The notes beneath the pieces were generated by a model that saw only the letters and a list, made by a program, of their open reading frames with translations, was not told the origin of the DNA and ran no database searches. Shown in pieces: positions 1-13,563 of a stretch of DNA of 64,000 nucleotides. This DNA is from the human T2T-CHM13v2.0 reference genome, Homo sapiens, in assembly GCF_009914755.1 (NCBI RefSeq), contig NC_060926.1. One strand, written 5' to 3'. A program made the translations under genes and the position numbers. Every line of letters starts with the position of its first letter. Positions within the stretch are counted from its first letter, which is position 1.

Positions 1-641
1 GTTCTGTAATAACATTTAGGCTCAAAGAAACATTAATTAGTATTTTTGAATAACATATTAAGTGCTTATGTTTCTTAATTTGAGGGCTATGGTCTACTAA
101 ACATCTATATACATTTTGCCATGCAACTTTTCAACCCAACAGAAATGACACATGGGAATTTTAATTGCACTTCCTGTGGAATCCGTTATCTTGACATAAA
201 TCATCTCAAGTATAATTTAAGCTGTTAGCCTGCATCAGATTCAATGAGCCTTTTGTGTCTCTACACAGTGTTTTCACATGTAAAAGACATCACTCATTAC
301 TCGGGTTCATGTAAATTTATTTGGCAGAACAATCAGATCACGGAAGCAGGCAAGTGGTAACACAAGTGAAATACATGTTAGAAACGACTGGTTTGGGGAT
401 AGTTTTATACATGGTAACAGGTGGTCATATTGGGAAATTGCTGTCTTCCCACTTTCCAAACTTGCTCCTTTACCACTCACACGAAACTGCCCTCTCTAGT
501 ATTATGGTGAAGAAAGCACTATTGCTTTTTTAACGGAAAGCATTTGTTAGGTTTAAAAGTTCCATGGCAAAATGTATACAGATATGTATCAGACCGCAGC
601 CCTCATATTAAGAAAGCATATAAATTTAGAACATTATTGTC

Positions 642-1167
642 AATAGAATCTATTTATTTATTTATTATTTTAATTTTAATTTTATTATTATTATACTTTA
701 AGTTTTAGGGTACATGTGTACAATGTGCAGGTTTGTTACATATGTATACATGTGCCATGTTGGTGTGCTGCACCCATTAAGACACATGCACACGTATGTT
801 TATTACGGCGCTATTCACAATAGCAAAGACTTGGAACCAACCCAAATGTCCAACAAAGATAGACTGGATAAAGAAAATGTGGCACATATACACCATGGAA
901 TACTATGCAGCCATAAAAAATGAAGAGTTCATGTCCTTTGTAGGGACATGGATGAAGCTGGAAACCATCATTCTCAGCAAACTCTGGCAAGGACAAAAAA
1001 CCAAACACCGCATGCTCTCACTCATAGGTGGGAATTGAACAATGAGAACACATGGACACAGGGTGGGGCACATCACACTCCGGGGACTGTTGTGGGGTGG
1101 GGGGAGGGATGAAGGATGGCATTAGGAGACATACCTAATGCTAAATGACGAGTTAATAGAATCTATT
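642..1167 (-). mobile_element. 5'-truncated, 5'-inverted (twin-primed) L1PA element with 13-bp TSD
   Basis: 655-780 is the L1 3' end plus A-rich tail on the - strand; 781-1157 is the L1 ORF2 C-terminus/3'UTR on + (MFITALFTIAKTWNQPKCP). TSD aatagaatctatt at 642-654 and 1155-1167. Confidence 0.93.
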
Positions 1168-2133
1168 AAGGGCATAATTTTTCTATGCATTTACAACTAA
1201 AATAGACGATTCAGATTTATTTTCAGGAAAAAAATAGGGTCATGTAAAAATAATGCATTTATTCATTCTTCGAATGATTTTCTTATGACAACATAGTACT
1301 AGATATTTCCTCTCTAAAGTACTATGTCAGTAAAATACTTTTAAAATTCTAAGAATTTGAGAAGAAAATAAAAATCTCATGCAATTCTGCATTGTTCCTG
1401 TGATATGTTATATAAACTTTATGTTTTCCTCCTGAGTTATTTTGTTTATTTTCAAATCCCACTTTTGGAATTGTAAGAACTCCATTTTCAGTCAGCAAAA
1501 GGTAATTGAGGTAAATCAAACTATTTCGGGATTAGGATTTATATTTCCCCTGGATTTTAAAAATCTATAAGTAGTAAAAAACAATCAGACATTATAACTA
1601 ATTATTCTTAGCCATACTCCCGTGAAAATAGCTGGTGCAGAATGCTTTCTCCACCATAGTACTAGGGAGGGCAGGTTCGTGTGAGTGGTAAAGGAGAGAG
1701 AAAGTTTGGAAAGTGGGAAGATAGCAATTTCTCAACATGAACAACTGTTACCATGTATAAAACTATCCCCAGACCAGTCGTTTGCAACATGTTTTTCACT
1801 TCTGTTACCACTAATCTGCATCCATGATCTGATTGTTCTGCAAATAAATGGACTCAACAAATGTGGGCCAGACAAGGAGGGTGAAGATGAGCTTCATTCA
1901 CTCTTCCTTCATCAGAGCTGGCTGTTCCCAGAGCAGGTGGCTACATGTGGCAGCTGATGGAGCCTTAACATGTGGGACTGAGGTGCAGCTGAGGCTTTCA
2001 TGGGCCAGAGTCCTCAGCAGCAAACTCTGTCCTGAATTCTCCAACAGCCTCCTCTTCTGCAGACTGAGAGACCCTGCTGAGCTGCTCCCCAGACAAGCAG
2101 TGCATGTGAGCAGCTGGGACACCCCAGAAGGGA

Positions 2134-2880
2134 GGTTTCTCTATGGGGCTGTACCACTGTGGGAGGAAGCTGCAGAGCCTGCATGCAGTAATAAACCCCA
2201 ACATCTTCAGCTCCACCCGGCTGATTTTCAGTGTGAAATCAGTGCCTGACCCACTGCCATTGAACCTGTCTGGGACTCCAGAGGCCCGGTTTGAAACAAA
2301 ATAGATCAGGAGCTGTGGAGACTGGCCTGGCTTCTGCAGGAACCAATACGAATAGGTGTATCCATCACTGGACAAGAGGCTCTGACTAGACCTACAGGAT
2401 ATGGGGGTGGCTCTCTAGAGGCGACAGGCCAGGAGAGTGGAGTCTGGGCCATCACAGTATCACCACTGGATCCTGAAATAATAACAGAGAAGTGCAAGTT
2501 TGTATAGACACATTATGAGCAGCTTTCATGATTTCTCTATGATACTGATTTACAGTTACATATATTTTCAAGTTTTGATTTATATCATGGAAAGTAGACT
2601 TTCTAAAATGAACCCATTATTTACCAGCCAGCAGGGAACTCTTTATTTTCAAGATCTTAATCAGAGGTCATTGTTCCTTGGAGGTGAATCCTGATTATTC
2701 TTAAGACAAAAATATGAATTCTCTTTCCTGGAGCATAGACCATGTGCCTCTAACACATGGTTGAAATAAATATGGGAAGCTATGGAGCTCCCAGAACTCA
2801 CCTTCCAACCCCATTTTCCCACCTCATATTTTTTCTATCTTGAGCATTAGCCGCCCCAGGAGCTGAGCAGGGAGCCTCAT
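2134..2880 (-). pseudogene. IGKV2OR2-10: IGKV2-subgroup orphon pseudogene (IGKV2/OR2-10 or its mirror -8)
   Basis: Leader MRLPAQLLGRLML from ATG at 2880, with splice donor lost. V exon from 2472 (DTVMAQTPLS...[15 protein letters not shown]...[14 protein letters not shown]) has two frameshifts. 12-RSS cacagtg/gtacagccccat/agagaaacc at 2161-2134. Which symbol belongs to which arm is ambiguous. Confidence 0.9.
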
Positions 2881-2977
2881 TGTGAGATGGACTGAGGAGT
2901 CCTGATCTGTCGAGGCAAGGTTAGAGCTGAGCTTTTACCTCAGACTCACAAGGGAAGGTCCTCCCCTAGGGTGCAAT

Positions 2978-2987
2978 ATGCAAATCA
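2978..2987 (-). promoter_or_regulatory. Ig octamer/decamer (TGATTTGCAT) of IGKV2 promoter
   Basis: atgcaaatca on +, about 100 bp upstream of the leader ATG on -. Confidence 0.9.
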
Positions 2988-3475
2988 CCTGGTGGGTGCA
3001 GCAGTGTGGAAAGGGTCAGTGGTGGAGGGGGTATGTCTCTACTGTGAACAATGTGACATAAAATGTTCAATGGAGCAAAACAAACATAGTTCAAGTCAAG
3101 TATGCCTGTAGCAGTTGAGGATGGGACACACTAGGGTCTCCTCCCAGTGATGTGACTGAGCATCCCTGCAGCCATGACGACAGCAGGAAACCTTAGCGGC
3201 TGGTCCAGTGAGGATGTGGCAGCCAACACTGGAGGGTCTGTAGGGCTTGAGCACCCCAAGGAGTTAGGAAGGAAGAGGCTCTGGAAGGTGCCCTGGAGAG
3301 ACCTGGCCCCTGTTCACACAGAAGAGGAGCATGTACCTGTGACTGAGGCCTCATGTCCTCTTCCTCAAAGACTCTCCAGGCAACTGCCTGAGCCCACCTG
3401 ACTCGACTCTCTGTGGACACATCCCCTGGCACCGCAGCCTCTCCTTCCACGCTGAGAGGCGGAGCTTCCTTGAGA

Positions 3476-3587
3476 GCTTTATGTTTGGGGCCATCACACT
3501 GTGCAGGGTCCCAGTGAGTGTTCTGCTCACAGGAGGATGTGCAGCATCTCCAGGCTCCAAAGTAGTGTTTGTGATGGTGAAATCCCT
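3476..3587 (-). pseudogene. V-kappa 3' relic (FR3/CDR3 + 12-RSS)
   Basis: DFTITNTTLEPGDAA...(C)EQ followed by cacagtg/tgatggccccaa/acataaagc; mirror of 46181-46292. Confidence 0.7.
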
Positions 3588-5154
3588 AGAATTTTGGTTA
3601 GATGTGAGTCCCTGCTTGTGAATACCTTCTACAGACATGTCATTCTTTGTTTTGCAAGATATTTTCTATGAAGCATCCTTTCTTTGTTTTTGAACCTTTT
3701 TTTGGTTAGGAATGTAATTTAAATTGCACTACCTTTAGTCTCCACACTAGTGATTATGGGAGTGAGACCAGTAGATTTTGGGTTGGATGTGTGTTCTCAC
3801 TCATGAATGGAAAACTACTCTAAAGACTTGTCATTCTTTGTACGTGTGACAAATTACTTGCTATATTTCATGATTTCCTTTTTTTTTGACATTTCTGCTT
3901 GGAAATACAATTTTAAATTCATTCACAATGGGATCCATCATCTTAGAATAGACAATAATTTCTGATGTGATTCATTTTTTTAACCAGAAAAAAAGATATT
4001 TTGTCCTTTTGATACGAACATTACTTTAATCATATCACCTCACGGCAGTAACAGACATGCTCTTGAATAATTCATAAATATTTTTGGAGCATTATTTTAA
4101 GTGACTATATGCAAATCATACATTTTTCTATACCATTACTGTTAGAATATGGAAATCAGATTTATTTTTAGGCAATGACCACATTGTGTAAAAATAATAC
4201 ATTTACTTATTTCAAAACCTTTTATTGTTTTTTATGACAACTTAATATCAAAATTGTCATTTATCAAAACCTGCTGGATTACGTCTTGCTGGGCCTTCTG
4301 CTCAGCATGTCAGTGCTTCTGACATCTCCCAGACCCAGACGGTGGTCTCTGCTAGACCTCCTCTAAGGATAGAATAAGTTTCAGAAGCTCTGCTTGGCTG
4401 CTGTGATTTCACTAAGACTGAGTGACATGACCTCAGGTCTCCTTGTACAGGGACTTCACTAACCCTTTGGTGATTACACACCTAAAGCCCTACTCACGAC
4501 ATTACTTTCCTGTGAGACTCCCAGTGGCACAGGCTCCGCCCAGGAAGCCACGCAGCAGTGCCTTCAACTCTGTGATTCTTCGCAAGAAACATATTTGGCT
4601 CCTTTGTGGGTCCACATCAACTGCCATCACCACCACCATCCACATCCCACCCACCGTAAACCAAGGGCAGTTTAATTGAACAATAGCCGACCTCTCCTGT
4701 ACCCCTAAGGCCCCTATTCCTGCAGTCTGTCCAATCTTGAATTCTGAACTTTGGGAAATAAAAAAGTTTCCATCATCCTTTATTTTCCCAGTGATCCATG
4801 GAAAATACTACATCTTTAGTATACTACATCTTCCAGGATTTGCTTTTTATTTCTAAAACCAGCTTTTGGAGTTTCAAGAACTCCATTTTTCTATCAGTGA
4901 GAGATAATTGTAATTAAAAAAAGGTTCAGTATTAGTATCTTGTATCTGCTATGAAATTACAAAATCTATTTGACGCTCACTACCAAGATTTCACTGACTG
5001 TCCTCAGCCAGCTCCCTCTGAGGAGAACTAGTGGAGAATGCTGTCTCTCCTGTCTTACGGAGTGGGCAATGAGTGCTAAATAGAAGAAGCGGAAGTTAAA
5101 ACAAACTAGGAAAATGCCAATTTTAAATATAACCAAATATTTTCTTGAAAATAT

Positions 5155-5445
5155 GGCCGGGTGCGCTGGCTCATGCCGTAATGCCAGCACTCTGGTAGGC
5201 TAAGCCCAGTGGATCACTTGAGGTCAGGAGTTGGAGACCAGCCTGGCCAACATGGTGAAACCCCGTCTCTACTAATAATACAAAAATTAGCTGGGCATGT
5301 TGGCGAGAGCCTGTAATCTCAGCTACTTGAGAGATGAGGCAGGAGAATCGCTTGAAACTGGGAGGCAGAGGTTGCAGTGAGCTGCGATCATTGCTCCACT
5401 GCACTCCAGCCTGGGCGATAGAGGGAGACTCTGTCTCAAAAAAAA
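5155..5445 (+). mobile_element. Alu (AluS-like), full length
   Basis: ggccgggtgcgctggctcatgcc...gaggtcaggagttggagaccagcctggccaacatggtgaaaccccgtc...ctgtctcaaaaaaaa. Confidence 0.93.
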
Positions 5446-5501
5446 TCTATATCAATCCATATCTATGTCTATGTCTATATTTATATCTATATCTCTATCT
5501 A

Positions 5502-5553
<52 letters not shown>
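5446..5553 (+). repeat. (ATCT)n microsatellite on Alu tail; 12 pure units
   Basis: atct x12 at 5503-5550, preceded by degenerate units. Confidence 0.95.
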
Positions 5554-5796
5554 CCAAACTGTTAAACCCTAAGATGTATTCAGTGTGTCTTGCCAGAAAT
5601 GATCAATTGTCTGGCTGTTTTGCTGAATAAATTTAATAAACAACTGTAGGCAAGGAGGGAGGATGAAGATGAGCTTCCATTCTCCTTTCCCTTTCATCCT
5701 GATTTTTAACTCACAGGGCCCTAGAACCTCCTCATACCCCTGTTACTTATGACTGTCAAGGCTGTGTCAGGTGACAGGTACATCAGCAAGAGCGGG

Positions 5797-6100
5797 AATT
5801 GGGCCCGATGGCTCATGCCTCTAATCTCAGCACTTTGGGAGGCCGAATTGGGTGGATGACTTGAGCCCAGGATCTCAAGAGCAGCCTGGACAACATGGCG
5901 AAACCCCGTGACTACCAAAACTATATACAAAAATTAATCAGGCTTGGTGGCATGCCCCCTGTGATTCCAGCTACTCCGTAGGCTGTGGTAGGAAAATCAC
6001 TTGAGCTTGGGATTTCACGGTTGCAATGAGCCATAATCACACCGCTGCACTTCATGCTGGGTAACAGAGTGAGACCCTGTCTTGAAAACATAAAGAAGTA
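5797..6100 (+). mobile_element. Alu (AluJ-like, diverged)
   Basis: tggctcatgcctctaatctcagcactttgggaggccg...ttgagcccagga...gtgagaccctgtct. Confidence 0.88.
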
Positions 6101-6271
6101 AACAAACAGGTAGTGCTTGAGGTACAGCTGAGGATTCATGGCCCAGAGTCCTCAACAGCAAACCTGCCCCTGAGTTCTCCAACAGCCTCCCCTTTTGCAG
6201 ACTCAGAGACCCTGCTGAGCTGCTCCCCAGACAAGCAGCACATGTGGGCAGCTGGGCAATCCCAGCAGAGA

Positions 6272-7040
6272 GGTTTCTGTTCCAGGATGTAGCACTGTGG
6301 GGGACCAGTGTGTAGCTTGCATGCAGTAATATAAACCCCAACATCCGCAGCCTCCACCGGGCTGATTTTCAGTGTGAAATCAATGCCCGACCCACTGCCA
6401 CTGAACCTGTCTGGGACCCCAGAAAACCGGTTAGAAACCTTGCAGATTAGACACTGTGGAGGCTGGCCTGGCTTCTGCAGCTACCAATGTAAATAGGTGT
6501 TTCCATTACTATGCAGGAGGCTGCGACTAGACCTGCAGGAGATGGAGGCCGGCTCTCCGGGGGTGATGGACAGGGAGAGTGGAGTCTGGGTCAACAGAAT
6601 GTCCCCACTAGATCCTGGAATGATGACAGAAAAGGGCAAAGTTATGTACAAATATTGTGCATCATGTTCATAATTTTCCATTTATTATTTCAGCCTGTAT
6701 AATTTCTTTGCAATTTCAGGAATATCCAATTTCAAAAAGAACTCAACAGATGCAAGGCACAAAGTGGTCTCCCATACCATCATCCTCTTTCTAAGACTTG
6801 TGTTTCTTCAGGGCACATATCCTTCCTTCTAAAATCTTCCTCCCTCTCAGAGATCAGTACATCATATGCCTCATGCTGCAGAAAAAGACCTGCATATCTA
6901 ACACGTGGACTGAACACACATGGGAGACATTGGGCCCCCAGAGCTCACCCTCCCACCCCATTCTCCTCCCTCATCTCCCTGCTGTCCTTACCGGGGACCC
7001 GGAGCATTAGCAGCCCCAGGAGCTGAGCAGGGAGCCTCAT
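6272..7040 (-). pseudogene. IGKV2OR2-7D: IGKV2-subgroup orphon pseudogene (IGKV2/OR2-7D or its mirror -7)
   Basis: Leader MRLPAQLLGLLMLRVPG at 7040-6992 with GTAAG donor. V exon from 6614 ([40 protein letters not shown]) has a TAG stop and a 2-nt insertion before YC. 12-RSS cacagtg/ctacatcctgga/acagaaacc at 6299-6272. Arm assignment is ambiguous. Confidence 0.9.
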
Positions 7041-7139
7041 CGTGAGAAGGTGCCCTGAGGAGTCCTGATCAGTCAAGGCAAGGTTAGAGCTGAGCTTTTA
7101 TCTCAGACTCACAATGGAAGGTCCTCCCTAGGGGACAAT

Positions 7140-7147
7140 ATGCAAAT
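7140..7147 (-). promoter_or_regulatory. Ig octamer (ATTTGCAT) of IGKV2 promoter
   Basis: atgcaaat on +, 100 bp upstream of the leader ATG at 7040. Confidence 0.9.
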
Positions 7148-8096
7148 CCCCTGATGGGTGCAGTGGGGTGGAAAGAGCCAAGGGGATGGTGGGAGCCTCT
7201 CTTGAGGGCAAAATGACTTAAATATTGTCTCTGTTTAGAGAGAAACCAATAGAGATAAAATCTGTGCTGCATGAGTAGGATAAATTCCCTTTTCTCTTTG
7301 TCTTCTCTCTTAGATTTCTCGTTACTTAGAATTTCCCAGGTGCATTTCTCACTTCTCCTTAGCAAGGTTAAGATTCCGTAAACATATGATGATTCTTATT
7401 TTTAAATTCATATTGGATTCAGGGTGCAGGATTGGCTTCTTACACTTTTTAATTGATATAAAACACTCACAAAGGATGGAAATGTTAAATATGCAACTAA
7501 GTTTTACGTATGTTCGCCATCCAGATGAATCTCTAGAATATTTCAAATTCTCCAGATTCATCCCTTGTGCACCTTCCCAGGCATCAACTGCTCCCCCATC
7601 CCAATCAAGGTAACTGGTATTCAGATATTCATTATAATAATTTGGTTTTCCCTGTGCTACAATCTCATATAAATAGAAGTGAACACGTTTGTTTGGCTGT
7701 CTCTTGCTTCTTTCTTGTTTCTTTATTATTTTTGAAGTCTTCTTTTCTCGCTGTGCGTTCAAGCTACGATCTGCTGTGATTTCCTGTGATTTTTGAAGAA
7801 TTTCCTCTTGAATTTTTTATAGAGCACATCTCTGCAAGTAATCATTTCTCTTCATTTTTTAATAAAGAAATGTTTTTACTTTACCTTTATTTTTGAAACA
7901 TGTTTTAACTGGATATTGAACCCTTTGCTGAGTCCCCCGAACCTGGCATTTAAATATGTAATCCCGCTGTCTTCTAGCCTCTATCAGTCTTGTGAACAGT
8001 TAGCCAATTATTCTATTATTGTTTTTCTGGTAAAATGAGCCCGTTTTTTCTTGATACAATTGAGATTTTCTCTTTGTCTGGTTCAGCGTTTTAACT

Positions 8097-8220
8097 ATAA
8101 TATGTATAGTTGTAGTTTATCCTGAGTGGTTACACTATCTGTTAAATAATATAATAATTATATAATATGTATAGTTATATAATATGTATAGTTGTAGTTT
8201 ATCCTGAATGGTTACACTAC
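8097..8220. repeat. Local tandem duplication (~43 bp unit plus a partial copy)
   Basis: ataatatgtatagttgtagtttatcctgagtggttacacta occurs at ~8097 and again (one mismatch) at ~8178, with a partial copy between. Confidence 0.75.
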
Positions 8221-10369
8221 CATTTAGGATAATGCATGGCATTTATCCTGAATAAGTTTCATTATTTTTTCAGTGATTTTTGTCTTGATCTTATAGACCA
8301 ACGTCTTTTATTACTCTTGATGTATTTGCCATTATTTCTCAGCACTCTCAAGTATGCCATCTCCCAGTGATCATTTCTGTGTGGTTTTTCTCTGCATTTC
8401 ACTCCACTGTGTGGCTGTATATTGTTTTATGTCTTAGGCAATTTCCACAGCAGCCACAGGGCCAGGCTGCTGGTGCACTTGGAGTGACAGTGCAGTTGGA
8501 GTGTCAGCAAATCTGGGCATGGGCCTGGGCTGGTCCACATGGAGGTGGCTCGGTGTCTGAGTTGCCAGCCACGGATGAGGCCCTGGAGCCTGGGTTTAGG
8601 GCAATGAAGCCCCATCCTAGGCAGCACAGAAGGGGCTGCTTCTTGAGAGAGTGTGGGAGGAGGGTTTCACAGCATCTTCCTCTCTGGGGTGATATGATTA
8701 TAGCTGCAGGTTACCTTAATGCCAAAAGCACCAGTGTCCTCTGGAGCAGGCTGCTGTAATCCTCAACAATGAATCCTAATGGGCATCCACTGGGAATGTT
8801 GTAGGGTCGGGGCTGCCTGGGGGTTTACTTAGGTCATTAGCTGCAAAGGCTGCAGCGTCCTCCACAGAGCAGGCCATGGGGAGTGCAGTGACCCTGCCTC
8901 CTGGCTGATAACAATTGCCTCCTGCTTCTTTCATTTTAGAGGTCTCAGGACTCTCAGGCATGCCGTCTTCTGGCGATGCTTTCTGTATGGTTATTCTGGG
9001 CGTTTTTTCTAATTGTGTTCCTGCACATTCTTAACTGGGCTCTTGAACACTCCAAGGGCTATTTTCCATCTTGGATAGCTGTCCCATTGTTGGTCTTGCT
9101 TTTGTTTTTGTGTTTGTATTTTTTGGGGTAGGCAGGCGAAGGCTGGTGTCTCCTAGTCAGTCATCTTGCTGATATCACTCCCCTAGGACATCATTTTGAT
9201 GATGCGGTAACACTATCATGGAATAATACTTGGGCATGTTGAGGTAAGAATTAGAGTGTTCAGCATGTGGGAGGAACGTGAATTGCTTTGGTCACAGGGT
9301 GGACTGATGCCTGTTGTATTCTCCAACAAGGCTGTGACAAGATCTCCTATCCTACATTTTTTTCTAACAGGGTGATCTTGACTCTCCTCCCATTGAACCT
9401 ACTGCCTTATGCTTCCTTCTGTTGAATTTTGGTAGGCATGCAACTGTGTAGAAGCAATGCTGTTTGTCTTCTGAGGCTATAAGAGGTCATCGAGGCTGCA
9501 TAACTTCTGCCTGCTCCTCCTCTGGAAGTTTCAAGTAAACCAAGCAGCCACATGAATTGGCAAACAACTCCAGCTGAGAACCTTACGTCTAATGTCATCC
9601 ACCTTTGAGATGACGCCTACCCTAGCCACTCACTGACTGCATCCTTAGGAAAGCCTGGCAGGAACCTTGTGGAGCCCAGGAAACATCCAGAACCATAGAG
9701 ATGATAGGCAGTTGATTGCAGTTTTCATGTGTTATTAAGTTGGTGGGTAGTTTGTTTCGTGTGTATTAATAGTACCCAGAATACCAACTTACAGAAGGAA
9801 TATGGAAGTAGAAAGTCAACTATTGATAGTAGATGAATCTGGGTCCAATTTATATTTCTTACAGTGTTTTTCCAACTTGTCACTGTTTGATATTATGGTA
9901 AAATAAAAAGTTATAAAGAGTATGTGCAAATGTACAAAAGGTTACTGAGAGAGAATCAAGGAGACTCAATAAGCGAAAGGTTTTACCATGTTCTTGTATT
10001 AGGAAACTTAATATTGTCAATATAATAACTCTCTCCAAATTAATTGAATACTGTGACAATCAAAATCCTGTGAATTTTGTTGAAATTTAAAAGCTGTTTC
10101 TAACTTAGATGGGCATTCGAAGAGGCAGAAAACAACAACAACAACAAAAAAAAAACAAAAAAACAACCATGGTAATCTTACATAATAAGAACAAGATTGG
10201 AAGATTAACACTTCCCAGTATTGAAGCTTATATTAAGCAACAGGAATGAAAACAGTATGGTATCGGTGAAGGCTGAGACAGATAACCCTGTGCAATGAGT
10301 CAGAGAATCTAAAACCAGATCTGCATGTATATATAGTCACTCAATTTACAATAAAAGTGCTACAGCAAT

Positions 10370-10740
10370 TGTCTCAAACCATTTGTACAAAAAAAAATAA
10401 ACACTTTAGATTGGATAATTACAAACAACATAAATTTATTTTTTTCATGGTTATAAAGGCTGTGAATTCCAAGGTCAACATGCTGGCAATCTCAGTGTCT
10501 GGTGAGGACTGTTCCTGCTTCCAAGATTGCACCCTGTGGCTGTGTTGTCACATGTTGGAGGTGGAAAGGCAAAAGTGGCAAGTCTGTGTAAAGCCACCTT
10601 ATTAGACAGGAATCTCACTCACCAGTGCTGAGCCCTCATGACCTAATCACCTCCCAAAGGGTCTACTTTCTAATACTGTTGCCTTGAGATTCAGTTTTAA
10701 CAGGAACTTTGGAGGTGACGCAGACATTCAGGCCATAGCA
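10370..10740 (-). mobile_element. MaLR LTR (MST/MLT1A-like) within old L1M sequence
   Basis: ...tccaaggtcaacatgctggcaatctcagtgtctggtgaggactg...gagccctcatgacctaatcacctcccaaagg...gacattcaggccatagca. Confidence 0.75.
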
Positions 10741-12256
10741 GTGATGTAGTAGAAAAAAATTCTAATAACTGAATTATATTGGATCAATTAGATATCCATA
10801 TTACATCAAAATAAATCTTAACCTCTTCATTTTACTTCTACACTGATACAAATATCAACTCTAAATTAGAAACTGAAATGTGAAAGGCAAAAGAAGAAAG
10901 CTTTTAGAAAATAGTATAAAAAGATATTTCATGAATATGCATGTAGGAAAGATTTCTTGAAGAGAATATGCAAAGCACTAAGCATGAAAGAAAAGACTAA
11001 TAAATTAGTTTGCATTAACATATTTTTGTAGCTTTAAAGAAATAAATGACAAAATGTTATTTGATACATACATATAAAAGAAATAAACTGCATTAGGAGA
11101 TAGGAATGTGCGATTGTGGATAACCTCAAATGAGATATAAGTTATTGCCCCAACTTGCATTTTGTGAGTTAGAGTCACAGGAGCTTATCACATTGCTACT
11201 AATCACCAAATGAATGACTGAGTTTCGAATAAATAAACAACAAATAGCCATAGATGAAACTGCGTCATGATCAAGACGTTATAATTAACAGATTATCATT
11301 GTTGAGTATTATTAATTGAAATAAACAAATGTAATTGCTTGATTTTTAAAAGATTAGAGAGAAAAAAACAAAATTAAATACCCTGCCAATTTTCAAAGAA
11401 AATTTCTACAAAATATTTTATGTAATCAATAGAATGAAGAAAAAATATCAGGACCCGGATGAAAATGGAACGAACATATTTCTTCATACTCATTTCACTC
11501 AGATGTAACGAGTGAAAAGGTAATCTATCAACACTGCTGATACATGAGAAAATAAAAATCTAAATGTACTTGTTTAAAAAAGCAACTAAGGGGCGGGACC
11601 ATAGCAACCAGAACTGGCCCTGCCAATGAGCAAATAAGTAATATAAAAGTTGGAAGAACAGTCTCAGTTCATGAAGTAGAGGTATATGAGATTAAATAAA
11701 GAAAAGAAAGAGTGAAACAGACAGAAAAACAGGATTGAAAGTCAAGCCCAATAAGGAAATATTTCCCTATATACTAGTCATTAGAACAGGGGTGATAAAG
11801 AGAAACATAATTTAAAATATTTATGCCTCTGTTATATATTCATGAGTGCAAATTTAACAGACTCGGAAATCTAGGCAAAATTAGGTAGCAAACACACAGG
11901 TGATTTTTACATGTTAAAAAATCAGGATCCAATAAAAAACCAAAATCTAAGGGAGGTTCTTTCTTCAGAGATAAAAATCAGGCTTGCTTCAGCAATGTAG
12001 TTTACAAACTCTGTTCCCAGAGAACAATGTAGTGATAGCTACATAACCACAAAAAGTCATTATGCCCATGCTTGCGAACTAAGGAAATGATCAAATATGA
12101 AGGAAATGTGCAATTTTGAAAATACACACCAACATAAATTTCATGACCATGTAAAAAAATAGAAAATCTTGAAAGATTTATTTTGATTCATCAAGAGTTT
12201 AAGCAGCATGCTCCAGTAAAGGAAGCTGTGCCTTGTGATTTTAAAAGGCTGTTGGT

Positions 12257-12577
12257 GGCTGGGAGCAGTGGCTCACACCTGTAATCCCAGCACTTTGGGA
12301 GGCCAAGGCAGGTGCATCACTTGAGGCCAGGAGTTTGAGACCAGCCTGGCCAACATGGTGAAATCCCGTCTCTACTAAAAATACAAAAATTAGCCGGTCT
12401 TGGTGGTGGGTGCCTGTAGTCCCAGCTACTTAGGAGGCTGAGGCAGGAGAATCGTTTGAACCCAGGAGGTCAAGGTTGCAGTGAGCCAAGATGGTGCCAC
12501 TGTGCTCCAGCCTGGGAGACAGAGCAAGACTCCATCTCAAGAATAAAAATAAAAATAATAAATAAAAAAATAAAAAT
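12257..12577 (+). mobile_element. Alu (AluS-like) with TSD
   Basis: Full Alu body; flanking aaaaggctgttggt / aaaaggctgttagt target-site duplication. Confidence 0.93.
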
Positions 12578-13563
12578 AAAAGGCTGTTAGTAAAACCTTT
12601 GGGTTTGGTAAACACATTGAAGTGCTGGCAGGTGGCTGCCTAGAGAGGACATGGAAGCTTTGCACCATCTCACCCCGTCTCAACCTACCCCGTCATCTTG
12701 CCATATGCATCTCTTCAGTTAGGCACTTCCTGAGTTGCATGCTTTATAACAAACCAGGAAATGTAACAAACAAAACAAAACAAAACAATCTTGCTGGAAG
12801 GAATCTTGCTTGATTAGTAGAAATGATTAAACCAAGAATCTAAGTCAGTTGAAAATTCACTTACAAATGCAAGTCACTGTATAGGAATAATTCTTGAAAT
12901 ATAAGGTATGTAATATGATACCACATAATTATAATCTAAAAAATCTAAATAAGAATGATAACATTCCTTATGCAAAAACATAAAGCAGAGTCAGGGTGAA
13001 GACAATAAAAGGAGCAGTTTTGCTGTTACGCTAATTAAGTATATGGTGAAAATTAATCACCAATTTTTTCTTGACTTTGGAAATACAGAATTGTAGATTC
13101 ATGTAGGCTTAATAAAATTAAAGTATGCATATATCATTTTCTTCGTGATTATCTTTAAAGGAAAATTTAAGACAAATAAAATAAACTATATTAAAATATG
13201 AGTAAAACAAAAACACAAAGTGTGAAAACAAAATCATAAAAAACACCACAGTGGCATTAATACCAACACTTCTGGATTCCACACTGTTGTGAAGGCCTGA
13301 GTAAAACCTGTATTCACTCCCCAAGGGAAGAGAATCCATGTTAAATCAGGACAACTGAAGCACTAATATTCTCTTAACAAAACTCCTCTCATCAGACTAA
13401 CCACTGACCAGATGTTCAGGAGGGACTAATTGCTCTCTCTCCCCCATGATAAAAAATGCTGTCTGACAGCAGAACAGTTGGCGGAAAATAAAATGCAAAT
13501 ATTTTAAACTCAATTTGTGAAGGGCAGTAAATAAATATCTCACAAGACATGGTAAGGATGTTA

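Noticed and set aside
796-1038. 80-aa ORF MFITALFTIAKTWNQPKCP (and mirror 48730-48972)
   Set aside because: C-terminal fragment of L1 ORF2, not a gene.
7349-7762. 137-aa ORF (mirror 42002-42415) and other 100-140 aa ORFs
   Set aside because: No recognisable domain or exon signals. Their apparent duplication is explained by the palindrome, not by conservation.
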